Source: Nitrosopumilus sp. (GTDB lineage Archaea; Thermoproteota; Nitrososphaeria; Nitrososphaerales; Nitrosopumilaceae). Taken from it: DNA of 64,000 nt. The notes beneath the pieces are model-generated. The model was not told the DNA's origin. It saw only the letters and a program-made list of their open reading frames with translations, and made no database searches. Every line of letters begins with the position of its first letter. Within the stretch, counting starts at the first letter, position 1. Of the stretch, positions 48,178-58,339 are shown in pieces. Where the stretch lies: contig CBDBLO010000002.1 in assembly GCA_965207075.1 (NCBI GenBank), positions 2,016,001 to 2,080,000 of the forward strand. Direction: 5' to 3'. The translations under genes and the position numbers were made by a program.

Positions 48178-51100
48178 TTACATGTGGCTGTCGAGGCCGT
48201 CACCCGACTTGTCCTTTTGCGGTGACGTGGTGATGAACATGGCGCCCACGAGCTTCATCCCGTCGTAGTCTATCTCCGCGTCAGCGTCCGTATCCTCTGT
48301 ACCTGCCCCCACCTGTTCGCCTATGAGATCAATCTCCTTGATCAGCATGTCCGCGTCCCCGTCACGCTCGTATCCGTCCACAATATCCTGTAGCTCGACA
48401 CCCCACGGCCGCAGCTGTGCGCTGTTTATGACGGCGTCTGCGCGCCCGGCGCTCTCAGAGTCAATCTTGCCGGACCTGTACGCCTCGGTTATCACGCTTA
48501 TGAGTCTAGTCCGCGTCTTTTCAAACCCAGTGTTCTGGGGGGTTCTGGCGTACTGTCTCACCACGTCGTCACTGTGTATGATTGCATCCCTTGCCTTTTT
48601 GTCTATCCGGATCAGATCTTCAAACGATTTTCGGTGGTCGTCACCATCCATTGGAAGGTACATCTCCTCGTCTGGAAAGCACCGGGCCTTGTTGACAGCG
48701 TCGTACTCGTTTTCAGGTACATACGCCTCGTTCCTTTCACAGTCGTATACCACAAAGTAGACGCGCCTCTCGGGCTTTGTCCTGACATACGCAAGTACGC
48801 ACTCGTTCTTGTCGCCCCCTGATTTGCCACTGCGCCTTCCAATCGGCATGGCGCGCAGCTCGTCCAAACCTATCTTTTTGGCGTGCTTGGCAATCTCGTT
48901 GAGCGGCGTGTTCTGTGGCATGAGATCCGAATCCCTCTCCATCTGCTCCACCACATCTGACGCCGCCGAGCCCTTTTCGCCCAGAACTTTCAGCCGCTCC
49001 CTGAGGTTCCCGTTGTACTGGCGCGGGTGTGGGGTCTCGCCCAGAAGCTCCGCATCAAGGCCAATGACCTCGTTTACGGTGTTTATCTTGTTTAGCAGCT
49101 TTCCCATCAGCTGGAGTATGCCGTCAAGCTCCTTGTCCGGGTAGCACGCCCTTGAGTGTATGATATCATGGCGACTGCCCAGCCTGTCGACCCTCCCTAT
49201 CCGCTGGACAATCCTCATTGGATTCCACGGCAGGTCGTAGTTTATCACGTAGTTGCAGTCCTGCAGGTTCTGCCCCTCTGCCAGCACCTCGGTTGATATG
49301 AGAATGTCAATCGGATCCCCTTCCGGCGGCTGGCCGTCAGACAGGTTGGCCACGGGCGCAAACCTCTCAATGTACTTGGATCGAGTGTCGGATTTGGTGT
49401 CGCCCGTTATGCACTCGACCGTACTGTCAGGAAACATTGTCCGCAGCTCACGGAGTAGGTATCTGGCAGTCGAGATGTATTCTGTAAATATCAGGATCTT
49501 GTGGCTTTCCGACCCCAGCGCGTTCTCCCTTAATATGGCGTCCCGGACCGCCTCGAGCTTTTTGTCGGCGGTCACCCTTCCCACCTCGTCCCACAACCCT
49601 CTCAGTATGACAAGGTCCGACCTCAGATCCTCCCTGAACCTTTCCATGTCGTAGCTTGACCCCATCTCTTCCGTCTCCATGTTCTGCAGCTGTCCAAGGA
49701 CAAACTCGTCCATGTCAAAGTCGCCGTACGTGTCGTCGCCGTACGTGTCGGCCTTGTTCATGATGTGGTTGCCCTTTGCGATGATCTGGTTGAGTTTCCT
49801 TACCCTTACCATCCTACCCTTGTCTGCTATGCTGATGATGTGCTCGTACAGGCGTATCTTGTTTTTGAGGCTTGACTTTACCGCCTCCACGCTGCTCTCA
49901 AACATCTTGAGCAGCAGTATCACCTGCAGGTGTGACAGAACCATGTGTCTTGCCCTTTCGTCCTCCGTGGCCTCCGTATTGTACTGCTCCAATCCGTACG
50001 GGGCCATGGTGAGCCTGTCGACATCCTCCAGTATCTTTTGGAATATGTTGCCGTACAGGTCCGCGAGGCAGTAGTGGATCGGCGAGTACTCGTGCTCCGG
50101 GAACTTGATTTGGTTGCCGTTTATCGTATCTTTGGGATACACCTCCCTGATGTACGAGCGCGTGCGGCGGATCATTATTCCGTCAAGCAGCCTCTGGATC
50201 TTCTCAAGGCCCGCTGCCAGTCCCCCTTCCTTGTTTGCCGCGTCCCTCATGTGCCTGTACAGGTCTGGTATGCCGATGGTGCGCCAAAAGTATGAGTCGT
50301 CGCCGCGGGTAATTATGGACATCTGATAGTACAGATCCATTATCGAATTGTTGATGGGGGTAGCAGACAGCAGGAGCGCCTGTTTTGACTTTCCGATGGT
50401 CATTATCTTTGCCAAGTTCCTGCTACGGTTGGCGTTTTTTGACCTAAAGTTCTGCGACTCGTCTATCAGCACAAAGTCGATGTTTCTGTACTCGTTCCAT
50501 CTCTCAAGGGCGTTCTCGCGCCCGAGCGACTCCATGGTAACTTGCTTGTACACGCTTATTCCGGACTCTTTGAGCTTTTTGTCCCACATGGATCGCAGCA
50601 CTTGGGACGGGGCCACTAGGAGCGCCCTCCTGCCCTCTTTTAGGATCTTCTGGCGCAGGATCTCCATGCCCATGTTGGTCTTGCCTAGGCCTGTGGCATC
50701 CGCGATCATGGCTCCCTGGAATTCTGATAACACGAGCATTGCGGTGTGGACCGCCCCCTTCTGGAACTCTGCAAGCTCTATGCTGTACTGATGTCCGATG
50801 TCGTCGTCTGGCGTCAGAAGCTCACGGTACCTCTCAAATATCATCTTGATGTATACGTCGTACGGGGACGCGGGAATCCCGAACTTTGATGACTCGAGCT
50901 GGTTTATCAGATCCTGCTTGGCGTCCTTGGACTCGGCCCACATGCGGTCAAACCATACGCGGGTCCTCCCAGAGACGGCCGGCTGGTACAGCCCGGCGTT
51001 CAGCTCGTTGTTTGCAGTCAGTCCGCCGTTTGTAAAATTGCTGGAGCCGATGAATACAGTGTCGTCGTCAAATATGTAGCATTTGGAGTGGTTGAACCTG

Positions 51101-51483
51101 GATCTGCCAAGCCTCACCTCGACGTTATCCATGCTCAGAAGGCGCAGGAGCGATGCGGTGTCTGACATCGCGTCCAGCGTCAGCTCCGACTCGTCAAGGC
51201 CGCTCTTGAGCGATACCGCATCCTCGCCGCCCTCTTCGGCCATCTCCTCAAACGTCGCATCCGGAACCAGCGCCGGCTTTCCAAGCAGCAACCGCACCCT
51301 GCCGCCTCTCTCGTGGACTAGTCCGTCAAGCGCGTCCTTTAGCAGTGCGTAACCGGGCACGTTAAAGTAGCCCGTTGATATGTCAAGGTTGTGGGTGAAC
51401 GGTATCTCGGAATTGAGTACGTCGCGCATAGTGATGCCGTCTGTGGTGTTGTCGATTATGTCCTGCTTGATTTTTTTGTTCAT
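48178..51483 (-). CDS. SNF2-type helicase with N-terminal PLD nuclease domain
   Basis: HSKCYIFD...IGSSNFT (HKD); ADATGLGKT, LIDESQ, LSATP, EGQNLQ, YDLPWNP, QRIGRVDR. Confidence 0.92.
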   Translation of the reverse strand: MNKKIKQDIIDNTTDGITMRDVLNSEIPFTHNLDISTGYFNVPGYALLKDALDGLVHERGGRVRLLLGKPALVPDATFEEMAEEGGEDAVSLKSGLDESELTLDAMSDTASLLRLLSMDNVEVRLGRSRFNHSKCYIFDDDTVFIGSSNFTNGGLTANNELNAGLYQPAVSGRTRVWFDRMWAESKDAKQDLINQLESSKFGIPASPYDVYIKMIFERYRELLTPDDDIGHQYSIELAEFQKGAVHTAMLVLSEFQGAMIADATGLGKTNMGMEILRQKILKEGRRALLVAPSQVLRSMWDKKLKESGISVYKQVTMESLGRENALERWNEYRNIDFVLIDESQNFRSKNANRSRNLAKIMTIGKSKQALLLSATPINNSIMDLYYQMSIITRGDDSYFWRTIGIPDLYRHMRDAANKEGGLAAGLEKIQRLLDGIMIRRTRSYIREVYPKDTINGNQIKFPEHEYSPIHYCLADLYGNIFQKILEDVDRLTMAPYGLEQYNTEATEDERARHMVLSHLQVILLLKMFESSVEAVKSSLKNKIRLYEHIISIADKGRMVRVRKLNQIIAKGNHIMNKADTYGDDTYGDFDMDEFVLGQLQNMETEEMGSSYDMERFREDLRSDLVILRGLWDEVGRVTADKKLEAVRDAILRENALGSESHKILIFTEYISTARYLLRELRTMFPDSTVECITGDTKSDTRSKYIERFAPVANLSDGQPPEGDPIDILISTEVLAEGQNLQDCNYVINYDLPWNPMRIVQRIGRVDRLGSRHDIIHSRACYPDKELDGILQLMGKLLNKINTVNEVIGLDAELLGETPHPRQYNGNLRERLKVLGEKGSAASDVVEQMERDSDLMPQNTPLNEIAKHAKKIGLDELRAMPIGRRSGKSGGDKNECVLAYVRTKPERRVYFVVYDCERNEAYVPENEYDAVNKARCFPDEEMYLPMDGDDHRKSFEDLIRIDKKARDAIIHSDDVVRQYARTPQNTGFEKTRTRLISVITEAYRSGKIDSESAGRADAVINSAQLRPWGVELQDIVDGYERDGDADMLIKEIDLIGEQVGAGTEDTDADAEIDYDGMKLVGAMFITTSPQKDKSGDGLDSHM

Positions 51484-54400
51484 TTTACATCATCAAATAT
51501 CTCGAGCGCTTTTTTTCTCATTTCACCGTAAAACTCCTTGAGATTGCTGTTGTCCCAGATTATTTCCTTTTCGTTCCACAAGTCGGGGTTTTCTCTGAAC
51601 AGCTTAAAGGATTCTAGTATTGTCTTGTATTCTTGTTTGTCAATGCCATATGCCTTTGCAACTATAACGTCGAGTCGGGCTGCAATGTCTATGCGATCTG
51701 CGACGGTCAGATATCTATTGGGAATATGCATAGTTTCTGCCAATCCTGCGAAGTCGGTATGACCAACTAGTAATTTAGCGGCCAGATTGGAGATCTCATT
51801 TTTGTATTTGTTTGGAATTGAAATGTCTGAAATAAGTGTGGAGAGGTGCACTTGTATAATCTGCCTTGAAATGAAATCAAAGGTAGTAGAGTTGAATACG
51901 CCACACAGATATACCATTGTGCGAATATACGCGTCATCTAACAATAGTGTTCCATCCCGTTTTATTAGAACGGAGCGGAGGGCATACGTGTGAAATGTTT
52001 TTGGTGGGATAATAGTTGCAATTGTGGTTCGCATATTTGTTGGACCTGATACGTCTCGAAATACAAGTCTGTAAGAATTGTAAAATTCTCGGTGCTTTTT
52101 AGCGTACTTTGGCTTGTCTTCCCGTTTGAGTCCGGCTCTCGACTGTGCGGTGAACATGGGTCTGGACCATGTGTGATTATATTGGTGAATCGTTTTGCCC
52201 TCATGTATGGACCATCCCCTGCCGTCTTCGCGGAACAGTTTAGAGTCGTCTGTTTTGCGAAATCCGTCAGCAAATGATATAGACATACCGTCTTCAGATA
52301 ATGCGTCTGCCAATTTTGGATGTTTGTATAGCTTGACGAGTATGTCACTAGTATTATACATGTTTTCTGGTATGGTTAAAGTTTCGGGGAACATTTCTCG
52401 AATTTTTATCTTGGAGTGTTTGCCAAATTTTTCCTTTTCTATGGTGTGGTCAATTAATGATGATAAGTGGTGTAGGTAAAATCCTACAGGGAATTCGTCC
52501 TTTTTGGTTTTTGAATTCCTGAGTGTCAGTAGCATGAATCTATAGCTAGAGTGAATGTCAAATATTTTTCCTTTGTTTTCAAATACGTATAACTGAATTA
52601 TCTCCTTGTTTAGTATCTCTTGTCTGATATCTGTGGAACCAGAGGATGCTAGAACCTGTGATGGGATAACCATTGATATAACTCCATTCTCTGATAATAG
52701 TTGGAACGTTCTCTCAAGTATCAGTTTTGAAAGATCTCGGGCGTCACTTCCTTGCATCTGATATGTCGATGCAGTTGAATAAAAATTAGTTTTTTCCAGA
52801 AATGATTTTTTGTATAATTCATACTCTGTTTTTATTTCGTCGTTTTGAAGTAATATATCCATAATTTCTTCCTTTTTGGCCTTTGTTGGAAGTGATTTAA
52901 ACGCAGGATAGTACGGAGTAAAGAATTCATCATCGAATGGTTTTATTTTATCCCATGGCGGGTTTCCTATGATGACGTCAAAACCATGCCGTGCATCGGT
53001 AAACGCGTCTCGCATCTCCAGCTCCCAGTGAAAGAATCTTCGTCGCTCTGCAATCTCCGAGACCTTGCGGCGTGCGTCCCGTATTGTCTTATCCTCGTTT
53101 TTACCGTACCGCCCGAACCGGTGGACAAACTCCATGCCGGACTTTTTTGGCAACATCGTGTCGTCGATTATCGATGCGGCAAACGCGTCAAGCACCCTCT
53201 TGGTATTGGATACGGATTCAGCGTATTTTTCGTACAGGGCCTCGCTACGCCGTACCTGCGAAACTGTGATATCCGGACTCGTCGAGACATCTTCCAACAT
53301 CGCGTTTGACTCCTCTCCAGGCATCCAGTCATCAAGGCTCTGATTCTTAACTCCATTCAGGTCATCAAGAGATACGCCTATCGTCGAGTCGCCCGTTCTG
53401 ATGTGGTGATCCATGTAGGTAAACGGCACCCCTATTGCAAAAGAATCAAGCCACAATGCAAGTTTTGCAATCTCAGTCGCGGTCGGGTTGCTGTCCACGC
53501 CGAATATGCACCTCTTCATTATCTTGCGCTTTAGCAGGACGTCATGCGTCAGGAGGTTGAGATCTATTGACACTCCCATTTTCTCCTGCTCGTCAACGAC
53601 GGTCTTGCGATCAACTTCCAGCTCTTCGAGCAGTGGATGCTTCGGATGTTTCTTCATGGTCTCAGTGGCCCACGAGGTCAGCTGGTTGAGTGCCTCGACC
53701 AGAAAATGGCCGCTGCCCATCGCCGGATCCAGTACTTGGATGTCAAGAAGATGCTCCATGCACGCGTCGCGGTTTTCAGGTGTCGGGTTTTTGGCGTATG
53801 ATGCGACGTCGCGCCCGATCTTAGAGGATCTGTCTGCCAGTATCGGCTCCAGTCCACGGCGTACGAGAAACTTTACGATCTCATCGGGCGTATAGTAGCT
53901 TCCGGTGCCCTTGCGCATCGCCAGGCCTCCCTTTGAGGCCAAGTACAGATCATTTTTTTTGTACGAATAGTTTGATTCGCGGGACGCCCGCACCTGCACG
54001 ATCTTGTGTCCCTTTACAAGCAGCATGACGTCCTTTTTGGCCTGCTGGATCGAGAATTCCATGACGCTCTCAAGTATGTTGCCAAGGTGTCGGACTCCGA
54101 GGCTTGCATAGTCGATGGTGTCCCCGTTGTGCTCAAGCAGGTCGCGCAAGGCGGGCACGAGCCAGCGGTTCTGAATGCTCATCCTGTCTATATCCGGATC
54201 ATGTCGGAAGAGGTTGCCGTTGTACTGCGGCAGGTTGTTTTCTGGACTCCCGTCCCGGATTCCCGCGAACATCTTTAGTAGGTGCTTCCAGCACGAGTCA
54301 CCGTCCTGCTCTTCGTGCATGTCAAGCTTCCCTCTGAGTCCGCGAAGCGACATGTTGGCTGCATACTTTTTGTCAGATATGGGCAGTAGGTTTCTTGACT

Positions 54401-55466
54401 CGGCATACGCCACAAACCAGACACGGTATATTATGCGCAGTGCGGCCTCCTTGGCAGAGGCAAGCTCCTCAGCATCAAAGACTGTTTTCATGTTATGGTT
54501 TAAGATTCCCTTTGCAAGATTTAGCAGGACACCATCCTGACTCATGATGCGCTCAGACAGGTTTTCCTCCAGCTGTGTTGCAAACTCCTTGCCCTGATCA
54601 AAAAAAAGGTCTATCCGAGGGCTCTTGCCAGCATAGGATGCGTATCCAAATATAATATACAGATACTGCAGCACCGTATCAGACGGCTCGGCAAGGTTCA
54701 GCTCAAAATAGTTGGTGGTGGATGCAGACACCCTGCTGGTGTAGAGTCGCCACTTTGCGCCGTTTGTGAGTATCACCCACCGGTGCTTGGAGAGCGCAGA
54801 TACTGCCCGGTAGCTTGGCACTACGTCGTCGCGGCTCTCACGTATGCTAAAGTTCTCTTGGTCCGTGACTATGACATGTACTGTCCCACTGCGAGGCTCG
54901 CTTGTCTTCCTCCATCCCAAGGCCTTCAAGAGACTCTGCGCGTCGGTGCCAGCGTCGCGCAGGGCCTTTATGGCGCCCTCGCTGCCGGACGCGTCATCAA
55001 ACACGCGATTTCTCAGGTAGTGGGTGGAGAACAGTCCCCTGTTCTCAAAGTCGTACGTGGTGGAAGGTATCGCATCTATGGAATCCTCAAGACGAGCAAT
55101 GAGTTCGATGTTGTTTTTTGCATCTCCGACATTGTTTGCCTCTAGTATCTTTGCTATCCTGCTGTATTCTGCATCGCTGTCAAGCGACACCATGTGAGTC
55201 TTGTCCGGGGTGCGTATGAGGAGTTTTTTGAGGCCGGATGCCAGTATCACGCAGGAGGGGAATCTCCTGACCACCCGCTTGAGATCTGTAACAGTCTTGG
55301 GGGCTTTTCCACTCTGCCCCCCGTCCACGATCAGTATGGGTGTGTTTCTTGACTTTGATGCGTGGTTGAGGCTGTAACAGTCCCAGCCTTCCAATTCCAG
55401 AGAGCGCCTTGTGTCATATGACACTCCTAGAGACGCAAGCAGTTGCTTGGTATGGGCCCTTGTCAC
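51480..55466 (-). CDS. Type IIG (Eco57I-like) restriction-modification enzyme
   Basis: ILTNG..WRLY nuclease-region motif, YNGNLF, GSYYTP, LDPAMGSGHFL, IGNPPW; C-terminal TRD; ATGA overlap with helicase. Confidence 0.92.
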   Translation of the reverse strand: MTRAHTKQLLASLGVSYDTRRSLELEGWDCYSLNHASKSRNTPILIVDGGQSGKAPKTVTDLKRVVRRFPSCVILASGLKKLLIRTPDKTHMVSLDSDAEYSRIAKILEANNVGDAKNNIELIARLEDSIDAIPSTTYDFENRGLFSTHYLRNRVFDDASGSEGAIKALRDAGTDAQSLLKALGWRKTSEPRSGTVHVIVTDQENFSIRESRDDVVPSYRAVSALSKHRWVILTNGAKWRLYTSRVSASTTNYFELNLAEPSDTVLQYLYIIFGYASYAGKSPRIDLFFDQGKEFATQLEENLSERIMSQDGVLLNLAKGILNHNMKTVFDAEELASAKEAALRIIYRVWFVAYAESRNLLPISDKKYAANMSLRGLRGKLDMHEEQDGDSCWKHLLKMFAGIRDGSPENNLPQYNGNLFRHDPDIDRMSIQNRWLVPALRDLLEHNGDTIDYASLGVRHLGNILESVMEFSIQQAKKDVMLLVKGHKIVQVRASRESNYSYKKNDLYLASKGGLAMRKGTGSYYTPDEIVKFLVRRGLEPILADRSSKIGRDVASYAKNPTPENRDACMEHLLDIQVLDPAMGSGHFLVEALNQLTSWATETMKKHPKHPLLEELEVDRKTVVDEQEKMGVSIDLNLLTHDVLLKRKIMKRCIFGVDSNPTATEIAKLALWLDSFAIGVPFTYMDHHIRTGDSTIGVSLDDLNGVKNQSLDDWMPGEESNAMLEDVSTSPDITVSQVRRSEALYEKYAESVSNTKRVLDAFAASIIDDTMLPKKSGMEFVHRFGRYGKNEDKTIRDARRKVSEIAERRRFFHWELEMRDAFTDARHGFDVIIGNPPWDKIKPFDDEFFTPYYPAFKSLPTKAKKEEIMDILLQNDEIKTEYELYKKSFLEKTNFYSTASTYQMQGSDARDLSKLILERTFQLLSENGVISMVIPSQVLASSGSTDIRQEILNKEIIQLYVFENKGKIFDIHSSYRFMLLTLRNSKTKKDEFPVGFYLHHLSSLIDHTIEKEKFGKHSKIKIREMFPETLTIPENMYNTSDILVKLYKHPKLADALSEDGMSISFADGFRKTDDSKLFREDGRGWSIHEGKTIHQYNHTWSRPMFTAQSRAGLKREDKPKYAKKHREFYNSYRLVFRDVSGPTNMRTTIATIIPPKTFHTYALRSVLIKRDGTLLLDDAYIRTMVYLCGVFNSTTFDFISRQIIQVHLSTLISDISIPNKYKNEISNLAAKLLVGHTDFAGLAETMHIPNRYLTVADRIDIAARLDVIVAKAYGIDKQEYKTILESFKLFRENPDLWNEKEIIWDNSNLKEFYGEMRKKALEIFDDVK

Positions 55467-55604
55467 ATTTGAGAATCTGTATGCTGTATTCTTATGTCTT
55501 ATCCTACGAAAGCACTGTTGCAGAGACGGATCAAATTCGCTATCTGTAGTTATCCGCTATATTTGAGACCGAACTGCTCGATCATGGGATAGAGATCATC
55601 GCCG

Positions 55605-56618
55605 TCAATCCCTACCATCTGACTTGTTATCGATAACCGTCCAGATCCTCTGCAGCGGAATCTCCGATTTTAATTCCTCATCGAGTGAGTCATAGTTCTC
55701 CGTCAGCTCGCCTACAATTTTATCTTGATCCCACAACCGTGTACGAAAAAACGCCCTGTTTATCTCGCTATCGGCCGCCTTGGTAAGGCCGCCCCAAGCC
55801 ACCAGTATGCCATAACTTGCGCCAAAGCTTTGGATGACACCCTCCAGCTGCCGCAGCACCGTGACATTCACCGGCGCGCGTGACGACTTTACCTGTATGC
55901 ATATCTTCGGATCATCAAAGCCTAGCTTGCCCGATGCCGCAAGTATGTCCACGCCGCCGTCGGGTCCTGGCGGTGAGCGTTTCGTGACATATCCCTTTGC
56001 GATTAGAATTCCATCAATCAGCCGTGCAAGATTGTGTCCCATAAATTTACTCTCAAGAAACCTGACTATACGGTCCTTTGACAGCACCTCCAAGTCAAAT
56101 GGCTGGTTTGCATCATCCCCGCCGTCTACATCTCCTCTCCGTATGTGTCTGTCACTCAGCATATCCCTTGCGCGAGATTCGGCGTCCCTCGCATTGATCC
56201 GTCCTACTGTCAGGAGGGAGCCCAATGAATACAATATGTCTTGGTCAAATTCCGACCGCATTATGGTTTTTTTCCAGATTACAGGCCTCTGATGTAGCGT
56301 GTTCGGTGAGCTGTGGTTGTATTGGTAGTCGCCAGTGACCTCCCCTACTGCCACAGAAGGCTGCAACTTTAGCGGCGTCGCCACTAGGTCGCCTTTTTTG
56401 ATACTGTGCAAAAAATTCCATATTTGGCCTACATGGTTTGCTACAGAGGCTTTTTTTCGATCTGTATATGTTTGGGCATACAGATCCGAAAGCTGCTCCT
56501 TTTGATGTATGCCAGACAGGTCTGGCAGATCGTTCCATCCTATTGCAATGATGCCCTTCTCTTGTATCTCCTGTTCACGTTCGCCGTATTTGCCTGCTCG
56601 CACAAACCAGAAAGTCAT
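55605..56618 (-). CDS. Mrr-like type IV restriction endonuclease
   Basis: WFVRAG N-domain; GPDGGVDILA...IQVKS catalytic motif. Confidence 0.9.
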   Translation of the reverse strand: MTFWFVRAGKYGEREQEIQEKGIIAIGWNDLPDLSGIHQKEQLSDLYAQTYTDRKKASVANHVGQIWNFLHSIKKGDLVATPLKLQPSVAVGEVTGDYQYNHSSPNTLHQRPVIWKKTIMRSEFDQDILYSLGSLLTVGRINARDAESRARDMLSDRHIRRGDVDGGDDANQPFDLEVLSKDRIVRFLESKFMGHNLARLIDGILIAKGYVTKRSPPGPDGGVDILAASGKLGFDDPKICIQVKSSRAPVNVTVLRQLEGVIQSFGASYGILVAWGGLTKAADSEINRAFFRTRLWDQDKIVGELTENYDSLDEELKSEIPLQRIWTVIDNKSDGRD

Positions 56619-56666
56619 GTGTTGTGTGCCGTACGTGATGATTAAAGCATGCCGGTTACGATTTCA

Positions 56667-57187
56667 GGTACTGGTACAAATTCGTGATATGGGCACGGAA
56701 TCGATTACTGGGAAACTTATTGTAGCGGCCCCACCCGGCCTGCAAACTTACAGGAATCAAAGAAAAGAGTGCCCTTGCGGGCGTTGGTCTAAGTGAACAG
56801 TTTTATGACTGCTATGACCAGACCCGTGTTACGCGTATGATCTCGATGTTTACCCGCATTTGGATCATCTTCCGCGAGTTTTCTGTTCACGGCGCCTATA
56901 GTGGCGTCCACGTTATCAAGACCAGATGTGTGGTCTATCTCCCTAACTACTCGTTTCACAACGAGTCAAAACCTAGGAGGACGAGATAAGCCCACCCTCA
57001 AATTCTTTTCTAATGTCATGATCCAAGAGACTTACATCTGTATATTTAATACTTGTTGCTTCCAGATTCGGCGTTGCCGTAGACTCCCCCAAACACTTCT
57101 AACGGCCTACCTAGACTGTGTTCTTGGTGTCGGTATTTAACGACACGGGCCAGACTGACGCCCATATCACGAATTTGCACCAGTACC
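56667..57187. mobile_element. Non-autonomous IS6-like element (MITE)
   Basis: 29-bp inverted repeat with 1 mismatch at 56666-56694 and 57160-57188; ends GGTACTGGTRCAAA resemble IS6/IS26 ends; no transposase inside. Confidence 0.7.
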
Positions 57188-57224
57188 TAATCCATGTGAT
57201 CCCTCTTAGTCCGCTTGTTCCAAG

Positions 57225-58235
57225 CTATTCAGAGCAAATGCAGACCTTACATTTTGTGATAAATTTTGAATTTATTTTAATCTTTTTAGATTTCAAATTT
57301 ATAGGAAGCTGTCGGTTCTTCATTCTACGCTTTGCTAGTTTTATAATAGTTTTTTGCGGCAAGTAATACATCATTCCCCTAGCACCTATATAATTACAAT
57401 TATGAGATGCCAACGCTTGACCAAAGTTAAGCGCGTTTTCCAAACGCTTCCTACTCACTAACCTGATATTTTTGCAATCTTGTAGACAATGAATCATTCC
57501 AGCGCTTGACCAGTCACCAGATCCAGCAGCATCAACCAGATTATTCACTGGAAATGAAGATAGCGTTTTCCATCCCGTGTCTCTTAAAAAATTTGTCTTG
57601 TACTGTAGTCCACTTTCTCCCATTGTTTGAATTTCCAGTGGGACAGATATGCCAAGTTTTTCAAGACTTGTTGATCTATTGTAACAATGTTTTACAATGT
57701 CCGCAATCTTTAGACATTGCAAAAATAAACTGTTGGAGAGAAATTTTGGGGGTTCAAACACAATAATTGCATTGTGTTGTTTCAGGTAGCAAGCTAATTT
57801 ATATGCGCTAGGTGTGGCACGATCAAAATAAAATACATTTGCAGGAGGAAGTTGATTTTGGATGGTTTTCAGTAGCTTGAGTGTAAAGATCTTTCTTTGG
57901 GGTAGCCATATCCCATGTTCACACTTGAGATAAAACCTATGATAGGGCCGCTTCCCTGCAAAAACTCTTTCTATTATTCGGGGCGTTCTTGTGTCGCTTT
58001 CTTGCAGGATGAAGTCCGTGTTAGTTCCCCATTTTTCCATATCTTCGATCATTCGATTGCCCTCCACATCTCTACCTAGTCGTGCCATGGGAAATGTTCT
58101 CCACCCAAAACTGGCAAGTATAGTAAGTACGTTGCCACAAGAACCGCCTGCAAAAAAACTTGGTGGCTGTGTGTTACTATCGTATATGACATCTAGAGCA
58201 ACTAGGCCGGTACCCACACATATTGAATCAACCAC
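57225..58235 (-). CDS. PfkB/ribokinase-family carbohydrate kinase
   Basis: AGGSCGNV, QTMGESG, VDAAGSGD. Confidence 0.88.
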   Translation of the reverse strand: MVDSICVGTGLVALDVIYDSNTQPPSFFAGGSCGNVLTILASFGWRTFPMARLGRDVEGNRMIEDMEKWGTNTDFILQESDTRTPRIIERVFAGKRPYHRFYLKCEHGIWLPQRKIFTLKLLKTIQNQLPPANVFYFDRATPSAYKLACYLKQHNAIIVFEPPKFLSNSLFLQCLKIADIVKHCYNRSTSLEKLGISVPLEIQTMGESGLQYKTNFLRDTGWKTLSSFPVNNLVDAAGSGDWSSAGMIHCLQDCKNIRLVSRKRLENALNFGQALASHNCNYIGARGMMYYLPQKTIIKLAKRRMKNRQLPINLKSKKIKINSKFITKCKVCICSE

Positions 58236-58339
58236 GATTCAGCACCCGTGTTACCAAATGAATTCCGAACTTTTGAAGCTGCGAAGACAGTGTTAAAGAT
58301 GTTAATATCGAGTAGAATGCTACAAGCAGCTCGCTGATA

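Noticed and set aside
55511-55524. AGCACTGTTGCAGA resembling an IS26 end
   Set aside because: Single short match without a partner; could be chance
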